From: Eledone cirrhosa
Taxonomy: Eukaryota
Direction of reading: 5' to 3'
DNA length: 64,000 bases
NCBI GenBank assembly: GCA_964016885.1
Contig: OZ024743.1
Span: 140,182,001-140,246,000 of the forward strand
The number at the start of each line of letters is the position of its first letter. Positions within the stretch are counted from its first letter, which is position 1. Under the pieces are notes generated by a model. The model was not told where the DNA came from. It saw only the letters and a list, made by a program, of their open reading frames with translations, and made no database searches. The position numbers were made by a program, and so were the translations under genes. Shown here piece by piece: positions 1-12,330 of the stretch.

Positions 1-60
1 GGTGCCTGGTGCTTGGTGCTTGGTCTTTGGTGCTTGGTGTTTGGTGTTTGGTGCTTGGTG

Positions 61-250
61 CTTTGTGTTTGGTGCTTGGTGATTAGTGTTTGGTGCTTGG
101 TACTTGGTGTTTGGTGCTTGGTGTTTGGTGTTTGCTGTTTGGTGTTTGGTGTTTGGTGTTTGCTGTTTGGTGTCTGCTTTTTGGTGTTTGGTGTTTGCTG
201 TATGGTGTTTGCTGTTTCGTGTTTGGTGTTTGCTGTTTGGTGTTTGGTCT
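61..250 (+). repeat. Representative copy of a recurrent variant cassette (leader GATTAGT; core CTGCTTT-TTGGTGT-TTGGTGT-TTGCTGT-ATGGTGT-TTGCTGT-TTCGTGT; ending TTGGTCT)
   Basis: GATTAGT is at 81-87 and the core at 174-222. The leader recurs near 912, 2973, 3806, 5867, 6693, 7232, 7946, 10007 and onward to 62947 (about 41 copies by eye, two as GATAAGT). About 9 further cores lack the leader. Confidence 0.92.
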
Positions 251-409
251 TTGGTGCTTGGTGTTTGGTGCTTGGTGCTTGGTGTTTGGTGTTTGGTGCT
301 TGGTGTTTGGTGTTTGGTGCTTGGTGCTTGGTGCTTGGTGTTTGGTGCTTGGTGTCTGGTGCTTGGTGTCTGGTGCTTGGTGTTTGGTGTTTGGTGTTTG
401 GTGCTTGGT

Positions 410-3400
410 GTTTGGTGTTTGGTGTTTGGTGTTTGGTGCTTGTTGCTTGGTGCTTGGTGCTTGGTGTTTGGTGCTTGGTGCTTGGTGTTTGGTGCTGGGT
501 GCTTGGTGTTTGGTGCTTGGTGCTTGGTGTTTGGTGTTTGGTGCTTGGTGCTTGGTGTTTGGTGTTTGGTGTTATATGCTTGGTGTTTGGTGCTTGGTGC
601 TTGGTGTTTGCTGTTTGGTTCTTGATGCTTGGTATCTGGTGCTTGGTGCTTGCTGCTTGGTGTTTGGTGCTTGGTGATTGATGCTTGGTGTTTGGTGCTT
701 GGTGATTGGTGTTTGGTTTTTGGTGCTTGGTGCTTGGTGTTTGGTGCTTGGTGCTTGGTGCTTGGTGGTTGGTATTTGGTGCTTGGTGCTTGGTGTTTGG
801 TGCTTGGTGCCTGGTGCTTGGTGTTTGGTGCTTGGTGCTTGGTGCTTGGTCTTTGGTGCTTGGTGTTTGGTGTTTGGTGCTTGGTGCTTTGTGTTTGGTG
901 CTTGGTGATTAGTGTTTGGTGCTTGGTACTTGGTGTGTGGTGCTTGGTGTTTGGTGTTTGCTGTTTGGTGTTTGGTGTTTGGTGTTTGCTGTTTGGTGTC
1001 TGCTTTTTGGTGTTTGGTGTTTGCTGTATGGTGTTTGCTGTTTCGTGTTTGGTGTTTGCTGTTTGGTGTTTGGTGTTTGCTGTTTGGTGTTTGGTCTTTG
1101 GTGCTTGGTGTTTGGTGCTTGGTGCTTGGTGTTTGGTGTTTGGTGCTTGGTGCTTGGTGCTTCGTGTTTGGTGTTTGGTGCTTGGTGTCTGGAGCTTGGT
1201 GTTTGGTGTTTGGTGCTTGGTGTTTGGTGTTTCGTGCTTGGTGCTTGGTGTTTGGTGCTTGGTGCTTGGTGTTTGGTGCTTGGTGTTTGGTGCTTGGTTC
1301 TTGGTGTTTGGTGCTTGGTGTTTGGAGCTTGGTGCTTGGTGTTTGGTGCTTGGTGCTTGGTGTTTGTACTTGGTGCTTGGTGCTTGGTGTTTGGTGCTTG
1401 GTTCTTGGTGTTTGGTGCTTGGTGTTTGGAGCTTGGTGCTTGGTGTTTGGTGCTTGGTGCTTGGTGTTTGGTGTTTGGTGCTTGGTGCTTGGTGTTTGGT
1501 GTTTGGTGCTTGGTGTTTGGTGTTTGGTGCTTGGTGCTTGGTGTTTGTTGCTTGGTACTTGGTGCATGGTGTTTGGTGCTGGGTGTTTGGTGTTTTGTGC
1601 TTGGTTCTTGGTGTTTGGTGTTTGGTGCTTGGTACTTGGTGTCTGGAGCTTGGTGTTTGGTGTTTGGTGCTTGGTGTTTGGTGCTTGGTGCTTGGTGTTT
1701 GGTGTTTGGTGTTTGATGCTTGGTGTTTTATGCTTGGTGCTTGGTGTTTGGTGCTTGGTGTTTGTATTTGGTGCTTGGTGCTTGGTGTTTTGTGCTTGGG
1801 TCTTGGTGTTTGGTGTTTGGTGCTTGGTACTTGGTGCTTGGTGTTAGGTGTTTGGTCCTTGGTGCTTGGTGCTTGGTGTTTAGTGCTTGGTGCTTGGTGT
1901 TTGTTGTTTGGTGCTTTCTGATTGCTGCTTGGTGTTTGCTGCTTGGTGCTTGGTGCTTGGTGTTTGGTGTTTGGTGCTAGGTGCTTGGTGTTTGGTGTTT
2001 GGTGTTTGATGCTTGGTGTTTGGTCTTTGGTGCTTGGTGTTTGGTGCTTGGTGCTTGGTGTTTGGTGTTTGGTGCTTGGTGCTTGGTGCTTGGTGTTTGG
2101 TGCTTGGTGTCTGGTGCTTGGTGTCTGGTGCTTGGTGTTTGGTGTTTGGTGTTTGGTGCTTGGTGTTTGGTGTTTGGTGTTTGGTGTTTGGTGCTTGTTG
2201 CTTGGTGCTTGGTGCTTGGTGTTTGGTGCTTGGTGCTTGGTGTTTGGTGCTGGGTGCTTGGTGTTTGGTGCTTGGTGCTTGGTGCTTGGTGTTTGGTGTT
2301 TGGTGCTTGGTGCTTGGTGTTTGGTGTTTGGTGTTATATGCTTGGTGTTTGATGCTTGGTGCTTGGTGCTTGGTGTTTGGTGTTTGGTGCTTGGTGTTTT
2401 ATGCTTGGTGTTTGATGTTTGGTGCTTGGTGCTTGGTGTTTGTTGCTTGGTGCTTGGTGTTTCTACTTGGTGCTTGGTGCTTGGTGTTTGGTTCTTGGTT
2501 CTTGGTGTTTGGTACTTGGTGCTTGGTGCTTGGTGTTTGGTGCTTGGTGCTTGGAGTTTGGTGTTTGGTGCTTGGTGCTTGGTGTTTTGTGTTTGGTGTT
2601 TGGTTTTTGGTGCTTGGTGCTTGGTGCTTGGTGCTTGGTCCTTGGTGTTTGGTGCTCGGTGCTTGGTGTTTGTACTTGGTGCTTGGTGCTTGGTGTTTGG
2701 TTCTTGGTTCTTGGTGTTTGGTACTTGCTGCTTGGTGCTTGGTGTTTGGTGCTTGGTGCTTGGTGTTTGGTGTTTGGTGTTTCGTGCTTGGTGCTTGGTG
2801 TTTGGTGCTTGGTGCTTGGTGCTGGGTGGTTGGTATTTGGTGCTTGGTGCTTGGTGTTTGGTGCTTGGTGCTTGGTGCTTGGTGTTTGGTGCTTGGTGCT
2901 TGGTGCTTGTTCTTTGGTGCTTGGTGTTTGGTGTTTGGTGCTTGGTGCTTTGTGTTTGGTGCTTGGTGATTAGTGTTTGGTGCTTGGTGTTTGGTGTTTG
3001 CTGTTTGGTGTTTGGTGTTTGGTGTTTGCTGTTTGGTGTCTGCTTTTTGGTGTTTGGTGTTTGCTGTATGGTGTTTGCTGTTTCGTGTTTGGTGTTTGCT
3101 GTTTGGTGTTTGGTGTTTGCTGTTTGGTGTTTGGTCTTTGGTGCTTGGTGTTTGGTGCTTGGTGCTTGGTGTTTGGTGTTTGGTGCTTGGTGTTTGGTGT
3201 TTGGTGCTTGGTGCTTGGTGCTTGGTGTTTGGTGCTTGGTGTCTGGTGCTTGGTGTCTGGTGCTTGGTGTTTGGTGTTTGGTGTTTGGTGCTTGGTGCTT
3301 GGTGTTTGGTGTTTGGTGTTTGGTGTTTGGTGCTTGTTGCTTGGTGCTTGGTGCTTGGTGTTTGGTGCTTGGTGCTTGGTGTTTGGTGCTGGGTGCTTGG

Positions 3401-6185
3401 TGTTTGGTGCTTGGTGCTTGGTGTTTGGTGTTTGGTGCTTGGTGCTTGGTGTTTGGTGTTTGGTGTTATATGCTTGGTGTTTGGTGCTTGGTGCTTGGTG
3501 TTTGCTGTTTGGTTCTTGATGCTTGGTATCTGGTGCTTGGTGCTTGCTGCTTGGTGTTTGGTGCTTGGTGATTGATGCTTGGTGTTTGGTGCTTGGTGCT
3601 TGGTGTTTGGTTTTTGGTGCTTGGTGCTTGGTGTTTGGTGCTTGGTGCTTGGTGCTTGGTGGTTGGTATTTGGTGCTTGGTGCTTGGTGTTTGGTGCTTG
3701 GTGCCTGGTGCTTGGTGTTTGGTGCTTGGTGCTTGGTGCTTGGTCTTTGGTGCTTGGTGTTTGGTGTTTGGTGCTTGGTGCTTTGTGTTTGGTGCTTGGT
3801 GATTAGTGTTTGGTGCTTGGTACTTGGTGTGTGGTGCTTGGTGTTTGGTGTTTGCTGTTTGGTGTTTGGTGTTTGGTGTTTGCTGTTTGGTGTCTGCTTT
3901 TTGGTGTTTGGTGTTTGCTGTATGGTGTTTGCTGTTTCGTGTTTGGTGTTTGCTGTTTGGTGTTTGGTGTTTGCTGTTTGGTGTTTGGTCTTTGGTGCTT
4001 GGTGTTTGGTGCTTGGTGCTTGGTGTTTGGTGTTTGGTGCTTGGTGCTTGGTGCTTCGTGTTTGGTGTTTGGTGCTTGGTGTCTGGAGCTTGGTGTTTGG
4101 TGTTTGGTGCTTGGTGTTTGGTGTTTCGTGCTTGGTGCTTGGTGTTTGGTGCTTGGTGCTTGGTGTTTGGTGCTTGGTGTTTGGTGCTTGGTTCTTGGTG
4201 TTTGGTGCTTGGTGTTTGGAGCTTGGTGCTTGGTGTTTGGTGCTTGGTGCTTGGTGTTTGTACTTGGTGCTTGGTGCTTGGTGTTTGGTGCTTGGTTCTT
4301 GGTGTTTGGTGCTTGGTGTTTGGAGCTTGGTGCTTGGTGTTTGGTGCTTGGTGCTTGGTGTTTGGTGTTTGGTGCTTGGTGCTTGGTGTTTGGTGTTTGG
4401 TGCTTGGTGTTTGGTGTTTGGTGCTTGGTGCTTGGTGTTTGTTGCTTGGTACTTGGTGCATGGTGTTTGGTGCTGGGTGTTTGGTGTTTTGTGCTTGGTT
4501 CTTGGTGTTTGGTGTTTGGTGCTTGGTACTTGGTGTCTGGAGCTTGGTGTTTGGTGTTTGGTGCTTGGTGTTTGGTGCTTGGTGCTTGGTGTTTGGTGTT
4601 TGGTGTTTGATGCTTGGTGTTTTATGCTTGGTGCTTGGTGTTTGGTGCTTGGTGTTTGTATTTGGTGCTTGGTGCTTGGTGTTTTGTGCTTGGGTCTTGG
4701 TGTTTGGTGTTTGGTGCTTGGTACTTGGTGCTTGGTGTTAGGTGTTTGGTCCTTGGTGCTTGGTGCTTGGTGTTTAGTGCTTGGTGCTTGGTGTTTGTTG
4801 TTTGGTGCTTTCTGTTTGCTGCTTGGTGTTTGCTGCTTGGTGCTTGGTGCTTGGTGTTTGGTGTTTGGTGCTAGGTGCTTGGTGTTTGGTGTTTGGTGTT
4901 TGATGCTTGGTGTTTGGTCTTTGGTGCTTGGTGTTTGGTGCTTGGTGCTTGGTGTTTGGTGTTTGGTGCTTGGTGCTTGGTGCTTGGTGTTTGGTGCTTG
5001 GTGTCTGGTGCTTGGTGTCTGGTGCTTGGTGTTTGGTGTTTGGTGTTTGGTGCTTGGTGTTTGGTGTTTGGTGTTTGGTGTTTGGTGCTTGTTGCTTGGT
5101 GCTTGGTGCTTGGTGTTTGGTGCTTGGTGCTTGGTGTTTGGTGCTGGGTGCTTGGTGTTTGGTGCTTGGTGCTTGGTGCTTGGTGTTTGGTGTTTGGTGC
5201 TTGGTGCTTGGTGTTTGGTGTTTGGTGTTATATGCTTGGTGTTTGATGCTTGGTGCTTGGTGCTTGGTGTTTGGTGTTTGGTGCTTGGTGTTTTATGCTT
5301 GGTGTTTGATGTTTGGTGCTTGGTGCTTGGTGTTTGTTGCTTGGTGCTTGGTGTTTCTACTTGGTGCTTGGTGCTTGGTGTTTGGTTCTTGGTTCTTGGT
5401 GTTTGGTACTTGGTGCTTGGTGCTTGGTGTTTGGTGCTTGGTGCTTGGAGTTTGGTGTTTGGTGCTTGGTGCTTGGTGTTTTGTGTTTGGTGTTTGGTTT
5501 TTGGTGCTTGGTGCTTGGTGCTTGGTGCTTGGTCCTTGGTGTTTGGTGCTCGGTGCTTGGTGTTTGTACTTGGTGCTTGGTGCTTGGTGTTTGGTTCTTG
5601 GTTCTTGGTGTTTGGTACTTGCTGCTTGGTGCTTGGTGTTTGGTGCTTGGTGCTTGGTGTTTGGTGTTTGGTGTTTGGTGCTTGGTGCTTGGTGTTTGGT
5701 GCTTGGTGCTTGGTGCTGGGTGGTTGGTATTTGGTGCTTGGTGCTTGGTGTTTGGTGCTTGGTGCTTGGTGCTTGGTGTTTGGTGCTTGGTGCTTGGTGC
5801 TTGTTCTTTGGTGCTTGGTGTTTGGTGTTTGGTGCTTGGTGCTTTGTGTTTGGTGCTTGGTGATTAGTGTTTGGTGCTTGGTGTTTGGTGTTTGCTGTTT
5901 GGTGTTTGGTGTTTGGTGTTTGCTGTTTGGTGTCTGCTTTTTGGTGTTTGGTGTTTGCTGTATGGTGTTTGCTGTTTCGTGTTTGGTGTTTGCTGTTTGG
6001 TGTTTGGTGTTTGCTGTTTGGTGTTTGGTCTTTGGTGCTTGGTGTTTGGTGCTTGGTGCTTGGTGTTTGGTGTTTGGTGCTTGGTGTTTGGTGTTTGGTG
6101 CTTGGTGCTTGGTGCTTGGTGTTTGGTGCTTGGTGTCTGGTGCTTGGTGTCTGGTGCTTGGTGTTTGGTGTTTGGTGTTTGGTGC
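410..6185 (+). repeat. Higher-order tandem duplication, unit 2894 bp
   Basis: Constant 2894 offset between matching ORF starts (572/3466, 912/3806, 1720/4614, 2419/5313, 2973/5867). 2894 = 414x7 - 4, matching four 6-bp monomers per unit (near 1365, 1763, 2461, 2671). Both copies share the private variant GGTGTGTGG (about 932 and 3826). Confidence 0.9.
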
Positions 6186-9100
6186 TTGGTGTTTGGTGTT
6201 TGGTGTTTGGTGTTTGGTGCTTGTTGCTTGGTGCTTGGTGCTTGGTGTTTGGTGCTTGGTGCTTGGTGTTTGGTGCTGGGTGCTTGGTGTTTGGTGCTTG
6301 GTGCTTGGTGTTTGGTGTTTGGTGCTTGGTGCTTGGTGTTTGGTGTTTGGTGTTATATGCTTGGTGTTTGGTGCTTGGTGCTTGGTGTTTGCTGTTTGGT
6401 TCTTGATGCTTGGTATCTGGTGCTTGGTGCTTGCTGCTTGGTGTTTGGTGCTTGGTGATTGATGCTTGGTGTTTGGTGCTTGGTGCTTGGTGTTTGGTTT
6501 TTGGTGCTTGGTGCTTGGTGTTTGGTGTTTGGTGCTTGGTGCTGGGTGGTTGGTATTTGGTGCTTGGTGCTTGGTGTTTGGTGCTTGGTGCTTGGTGCTT
6601 GGTGTTTGGTGCTTGGTGCTTGGTGCTTGGTCTTTGGTGCTTGGTGTTTGGTGTTTGGTGCTTGGTGCTTTGTGTTTGGTGCTTGGTGATTAGTGTTTGG
6701 TGCTTGGTACTTGGTGTTTGGTGCTTGGTGTTTGGTGTTTGCTGTTTGGTGTTTGGTGTTTGGTGTTTGCTGTTTGGTGTCTGCTTTTTGGTGTTTGGTG
6801 TTTGCTGTATGGTGTTTGCTGTTTCGTGTTTGGTGTTTGCTGTTTGGTGTTTGGTGTTTGCTGTTTGGTGTTAGGTCTTTGGTGCTTGGTGTTTGGTGCT
6901 TGGTGCTTGGTGTTTGGTGTTTGCTGCTTGGTGTTTGGTGTTTGGTGCTTAGTGCTTGGTGCTTGGTGTTTGGTGCTTGGTGTCTGGTGCTTGGTGTCTG
7001 GTGCTTGGTGTTTGGTGTTTGGTGTTTGGTGCTTGGTGTTTGGTGTTTGGTGTTTGGTGTTTGGTGCTTGTTGCTTGGTGCTGGGTGGTTGGTATTTGGT
7101 GCTTGGTGCTTGGTGTTTGGTGCTTGGTGCTTGGTGCTTGGTGTTTGGTGCTTGGTGCTTGGTGCTTGGTCTTTGGTGCTTGGTGTTTGGTGTTTGGTGC
7201 TTGGTGCTTTGTGTTTGGTGCTTGGTGATTAGTGTTTGGTGCTTGGTACTTGGTGTTTGGTGCTTGGTGTTTGGTGTTTGGTGTTTGGTGTTTGGTGTTT
7301 GGTGTTTGCTGTTTGGTGTCTGCTTTTTGGTGTTTGGTGTTTGCTGTATGGTGTGTGCTGTTTCGTGTTTGGTGTTTGCTGTTTGGTGTTTGGTGTTTGC
7401 TGTTTGGTGTTTGGTCTTTGGTGCTTGGTGTTTGGTGCTTGGTGCTTGGTGTTTGGTGTTTGGTGCTTGGTGCTTGGTGCTTGGTGTTTGGTGCTTGGTG
7501 CTTGGTGTTTGGTGTTTGGTGTTTGGTGCTTGGTGCTTGGTGTTTGGTGCTTGGTGCTGGGTGGTTGGTGTTTGGTGCTTGGTGCTTGGTGTTTCGTGCT
7601 AGGTGCATGGTGCTTGGTGTTTGGTGATTGGTGCTTGGTGCTTGGTCTTTGGTGTTTGGTGTTTAGTGCTTGGTGCTTGGTGCTTGGTGCTTGGTGCTTG
7701 GTCCTTGGTGTTTGGTGCTTGGTGCTTGGTGTTTGGTGTTTGGTGCTTGGTGCTTGGTGCTTCGTGTTTGGTGTTTGGTGCTTGGTGTCTGGAGCTTGGT
7801 GTTTGGTGTTTGGTGCTTGGTGCTTGGTGTTTGGTGCTTGGTGCTTGGTGCTTGGTGTTTGGTGCTTGGTGCTTGGTGCTTGGTCTTTGGTGCTTGGTGT
7901 TTGGTGTTTGGTGCCTGGTGCTTTGTGTTTGGTGCTTGGTGATTAGTGTTTGGTGCTTGGTACTTGGTGTTTGGTGCTTGGTGTTTGGTGTTTGCTGTTT
8001 GGTGTTTGGTGTTTGCTGTTTGCTGTTTGGTGTCTGCTTTTTGGTGTTTGGTGTTTGCTGTATGGTGTTTGCTGTTTCGTGTTTGGTGTTTGCTGTTTGG
8101 TGTTTGGTGTTTGCTGTTTGGTGTTTGGTCTTTGGTGCTTGGTGTTTGGTGCTTGGTGCTTGGTGTTTGGTGTTTGGTGCTTGGTGCTTGGTGCTTCGTG
8201 TTTGGTGTTTGGTGCTTGGTGTCTGGAGCTTGGTGTTTGGTGTTTGGTGCTTGGTGTTTGGTGTTTCGTGCTTGGTGCTTGGTGTTTGGTGCTTGGTGCT
8301 TGGTGTTTGGTGCTTGGTGTTTGGTGCTTGGTTCTTGGTGTTTGGTGCTTGGTGTTTGGAGCTTGGTGCTTGGTGTTTGGTGCTTGGTGCTTGGTGTTTG
8401 TACTTGGTGCTTGGTGCTTGGTGTTTGGTGCTTGGTTCTTGGTGTTTGGTGCTTGGTGTTTGGAGCTTGGTGCTTGGTGTTTGGTGCTTGGTGCTTGGTG
8501 TTTGGTGTTTGGTGCTTGGTGCTTGGTGTTTGGTGTTTGGTGCTTGGTGTTTGGTGTTTGGTGCTTGGTGCTTGGTGTTTGTTGCTTGGTACTTGGTGCA
8601 TGGTGTTTGGTGCTGGGTGTTTGGTGTTTTGTGCTTGGTTCTTGGTGTTTGGTGTTTGGTGCTTGGTACTTGGTGTCTGGAGCTTGGTGTTTGGTGTTTG
8701 GTGCTTGGTGTTTGGTGCTTGGTGCTTGGTGTTTGGTGTTTGGTGTTTGATGCTTGGTGTTTTATGCTTGGTGCTTGGTGTTTGGTGCTTGGTGTTTGTA
8801 TTTGGTGCTTGGTGCTTGGTGTTTTGTGCTTGGGTCTTGGTGTTTGGTGTTTGGTGCTTGGTACTTGGTGCTTGGTGTTAGGTGTTTGGTCCTTGGTGCT
8901 TGGTGCTTGGTGTTTAGTGCTTGGTGCTTGGTGTTTGTTGTTTGGTGCTTTCTGTTTGCTGCTTGGTGTTTGCTGCTTGGTGCTTGGTGCTTGGTGTTTG
9001 GTGTTTGGTGCTAGGTGCTTGGTGTTTGGTGTTTGGTGTTTGATGCTTGGTGTTTGGTCTTTGGTGCTTGGTGTTTGGTGCTTGGTGCTTGGTGTTTGGT

Positions 9101-12100
9101 GTTTGGTGCTTGGTGCTTGGTGCTTGGTGTTTGGTGCTTGGTGTCTGGTGCTTGGTGTCTGGTGCTTGGTGTTTGGTGTTTGGTGTTTGGTGCTTGGTGT
9201 TTGGTGTTTGGTGTTTGGTGTTTGGTGCTTGTTGCTTGGTGCTTGGTGCTTGGTGTTTGGTGCTTGGTGCTTGGTGTTTGGTGCTGGGTGCTTGGTGTTT
9301 GGTGCTTGGTGCTTGGTGCTTGGTGTTTGGTGTTTGGTGCTTGGTGCTTGGTGTTTGGTGTTTGGTGTTATATGCTTGGTGTTTGATGCTTGGTGCTTGG
9401 TGCTTGGTGTTTGGTGTTTGGTGCTTGGTGTTTTATGCTTGGTGTTTGATGTTTGGTGCTTGGTGCTTGGTGTTTGTTGCTTGGTGCTTGGTGTTTCTAC
9501 TTGGTGCTTGGTGCTTGGTGTTTGGTTCTTGGTTCTTGGTGTTTGGTACTTGGTGCTTGGTGCTTGGTGTTTGGTGCTTGGTGCTTGGAGTTTGGTGTTT
9601 GGTGCTTGGTGCTTGGTGTTTTGTGTTTGGTGTTTGGTTTTTGGTGCTTGGTGCTTGGTGCTTGGTGCTTGGTCCTTGGTGTTTGGTGCTCGGTGCTTGG
9701 TGTTTGTACTTGGTGCTTGGTGCTTGGTGTTTGGTTCTTGGTTCTTGGTGTTTGGTACTTGCTGCTTGGTGCTTGGTGTTTGGTGCTTGGTGCTTGGTGT
9801 TTGGTGTTTGGTGTTTGGTGCTTGGTGCTTGGTGTTTGGTGCTTGGTGCTTGGTGCTGGGTGGTTGGTATTTGGTGCTTGGTGCTTGGTGTTTGGTGCTT
9901 GGTGCTTGGTGCTTGGTGTTTGGTGCTTGGTGCTTGGTGCTTGTTCTTTGGTGCTTGGTGTTTGGTGTTTGGTGCTTGGTGCTTTGTGTTTGGTGCTTGG
10001 TGATTAGTGTTTGGTGCTTGGTGTTTGGTGTTTGCTGTTTGGTGTTTGGTGTTTGGTGTTTGCTGTTTGGTGTCTGCTTTTTGGTGTTTGGTGTTTGCTG
10101 TATGGTGTTTGCTGTTTCGTGTTTGGTGTTTGCTGTTTGGTGTTTGGTGTTTGCTGTTTGGTGTTTGGTCTTTGGTGCTTGGTGTTTGGTGCTTGGTGCT
10201 TGGTGTTTGGTGTTTGGTGCTTGGTGTTTGGTGTTTGGTGCTTGGTGCTTGGTGCTTGGTGTTTGGTGCTTGGTGTCTGGTGCTTGGTGTCTGGTGCTTG
10301 GTGTTTGGTGTTTGGTGTTTGGTGCTTGGTGTTTGGTGTTTGGTGTTTGGTGTTTGGTGCTTGTTGCTTGGTGCTTGGTGCTTGGTGTTTGGTGCTTGGT
10401 GCTTGGTGTTTGGTGCTGGGTGCTTGGTGTTTGGTGCTTGGTGCTTGGTGTTTGGTGTTTGGTGCTTGGTGCTTGGTGTTTGGTGTTTGGTGTTATATGC
10501 TTGGTGTTTGGTGCTTGGTGCTTGGTGTTTGCTGTTTGGTTCTTGATGCTTGGTATCTGGTGCTTGGTGCTTGCTGCTTGGTGTTTGGTGCTTGGTGATT
10601 GATGCTTGGTGTTTGGTGCTTGGTGCTTGGTGTTTGGTTTTTGGTGCTTGGTGCTTGGTGTTTGGTGTTTGGTGCTTGGTGCTGGGTGGTTGGTATTTGG
10701 TGCTTGGTGCTTGGTGTTTGGTGCTTGGTGCTTGGTGCTTGGTGTTTGGTGCTTGGTGCTTGGTGCTTGGTCTTTGGTGCTTGGTGTTTGGTGTTTGGTG
10801 CTTGGTGCTTTGTGTTTGGTGCTTGGTGATTAGTGTTTGGTGCTTGGTACTTGGTGTTTGGTGCTTGGTGTTTGGTGTTTGCTGTTTGGTGTTTGGTGTT
10901 TGGTGTTTGCTGTTTGGTGTCTGCTTTTTGGTGTTTGGTGTTTGCTGTATGGTGTTTGCTGTTTCGTGTTTGGTGTTTGCTGTTTGGTGTTTGGTGTTTG
11001 CTGTTTGGTGTTAGGTCTTTGGTGCTTGGTGTTTGGTGCTTGGTGCTTGGTGTTTGGTGTTTGCTGCTTGGTGTTTGGTGTTTGGTGCTTAGTGCTTGGT
11101 GCTTGGTGTTTGGTGCTTGGTGTCTGGTGCTTGGTGTCTGGTGCTTGGTGTTTGGTGTTTGGTGTTTGGTGCTTGGTGTTTGGTGTTTGGTGTTTGGTGT
11201 TTGGTGCTTGTTGCTTGGTGCTGGGTGGTTGGTATTTGGTGCTTGGTGCTTGGTGTTTGGTGCTTGGTGCTTGGTGCTTGGTGTTTGGTGCTTGGTGCTT
11301 GGTGCTTGGTCTTTGGTGCTTGGTGTTTGGTGTTTGGTGCTTGGTGCTTTGTGTTTGGTGCTTGGTGATTAGTGTTTGGTGCTTGGTACTTGGTGTTTGG
11401 TGCTTGGTGTTTGGTGTTTGGTGTTTGGTGTTTGGTGTTTGGTGTTTGCTGTTTGGTGTCTGCTTTTTGGTGTTTGGTGTTTGCTGTATGGTGTGTGCTG
11501 TTTCGTGTTTGGTGTTTGCTGTTTGGTGTTTGGTGTTTGCTGTTTGGTGTTTGGTCTTTGGTGCTTGGTGTTTGGTGCTTGGTGCTTGGTGTTTGGTGTT
11601 TGGTGCTTGGTGCTTGGTGCTTGGTGTTTGGTGCTTGGTGCTTGGTGTTTGGTGTTTGGTGTTTGGTGCTTGGTGCTTGGTGTTTGGTGCTTGGTGCTGG
11701 GTGGTTGGTGTTTGGTGCTTGGTGCTTGGTGTTTCGTGCTAGGTGCATGGTGCTTGGTGTTTGGTGATTGGTGCTTGGTGCTTGGTCTTTGGTGTTTGGT
11801 GTTTAGTGCTTGGTGCTTGGTGCTTGGTGCTTGGTGCTTGGTCCTTGGTGTTTGGTGCTTGGTGCTTGGTGTTTGGTGTTTGGTGCTTGGTGCTTGGTGC
11901 TTCGTGTTTGGTGTTTGGTGCTTGGTGTCTGGAGCTTGGTGTTTGGTGTTTGGTGCTTGGTGCTTGGTGTTTGGTGCTTGGTGCTTGGTGCTTGGTGTTT
12001 GGTGCTTGGTGCTTGGTGCTTGGTCTTTGGTGCTTGGTGTTTGGTGTTTGGTGCCTGGTGCTTTGTGTTTGGTGCTTGGTGATTAGTGTTTGGTGCTTGG

Positions 12101-12330
12101 TACTTGGTGTTTGGTGCTTGGTGTTTGGTGTTTGCTGTTTGGTGTTTGGTGTTTGCTGTTTGCTGTTTGGTGTCTGCTTTTTGGTGTTTGGTGTTTGCTG
12201 TATGGTGTTTGCTGTTTCGTGTTTGGTGTTTGCTGTTTGGTGTTTGGTGTTTGCTGTTTGGTGTTTGGTCTTTGGTGCTTGGTGTTTGGTGCTTGGTGCT
12301 TGGTGTTTGGTGTTTGGTGCTTGGTGCTTG
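3880..12330 (+). repeat. Higher-order tandem duplication, unit 4140 bp, near-identical copies
   Basis: Constant 4140 offset (4614/8754, 5867/10007, 6693/10833, 7232/11372, 7946/12086), with matching translations in the first four pairs. 4140 = 592x7 - 4. Confidence 0.92.

Noticed and set aside
209-229. TTTCGTGTTTGG as a CENP-B box
   Set aside because: Only the TTCG part matches. The downstream A and CGGG positions of the CENP-B box (YTTCGTTGGAARCGGGA) are absent.
571-579. GTTATATGC as a TATA or -10 promoter element
   Set aside because: It is one variant monomer (TATATGC) propagated by duplication, with no downstream gene or supporting elements.
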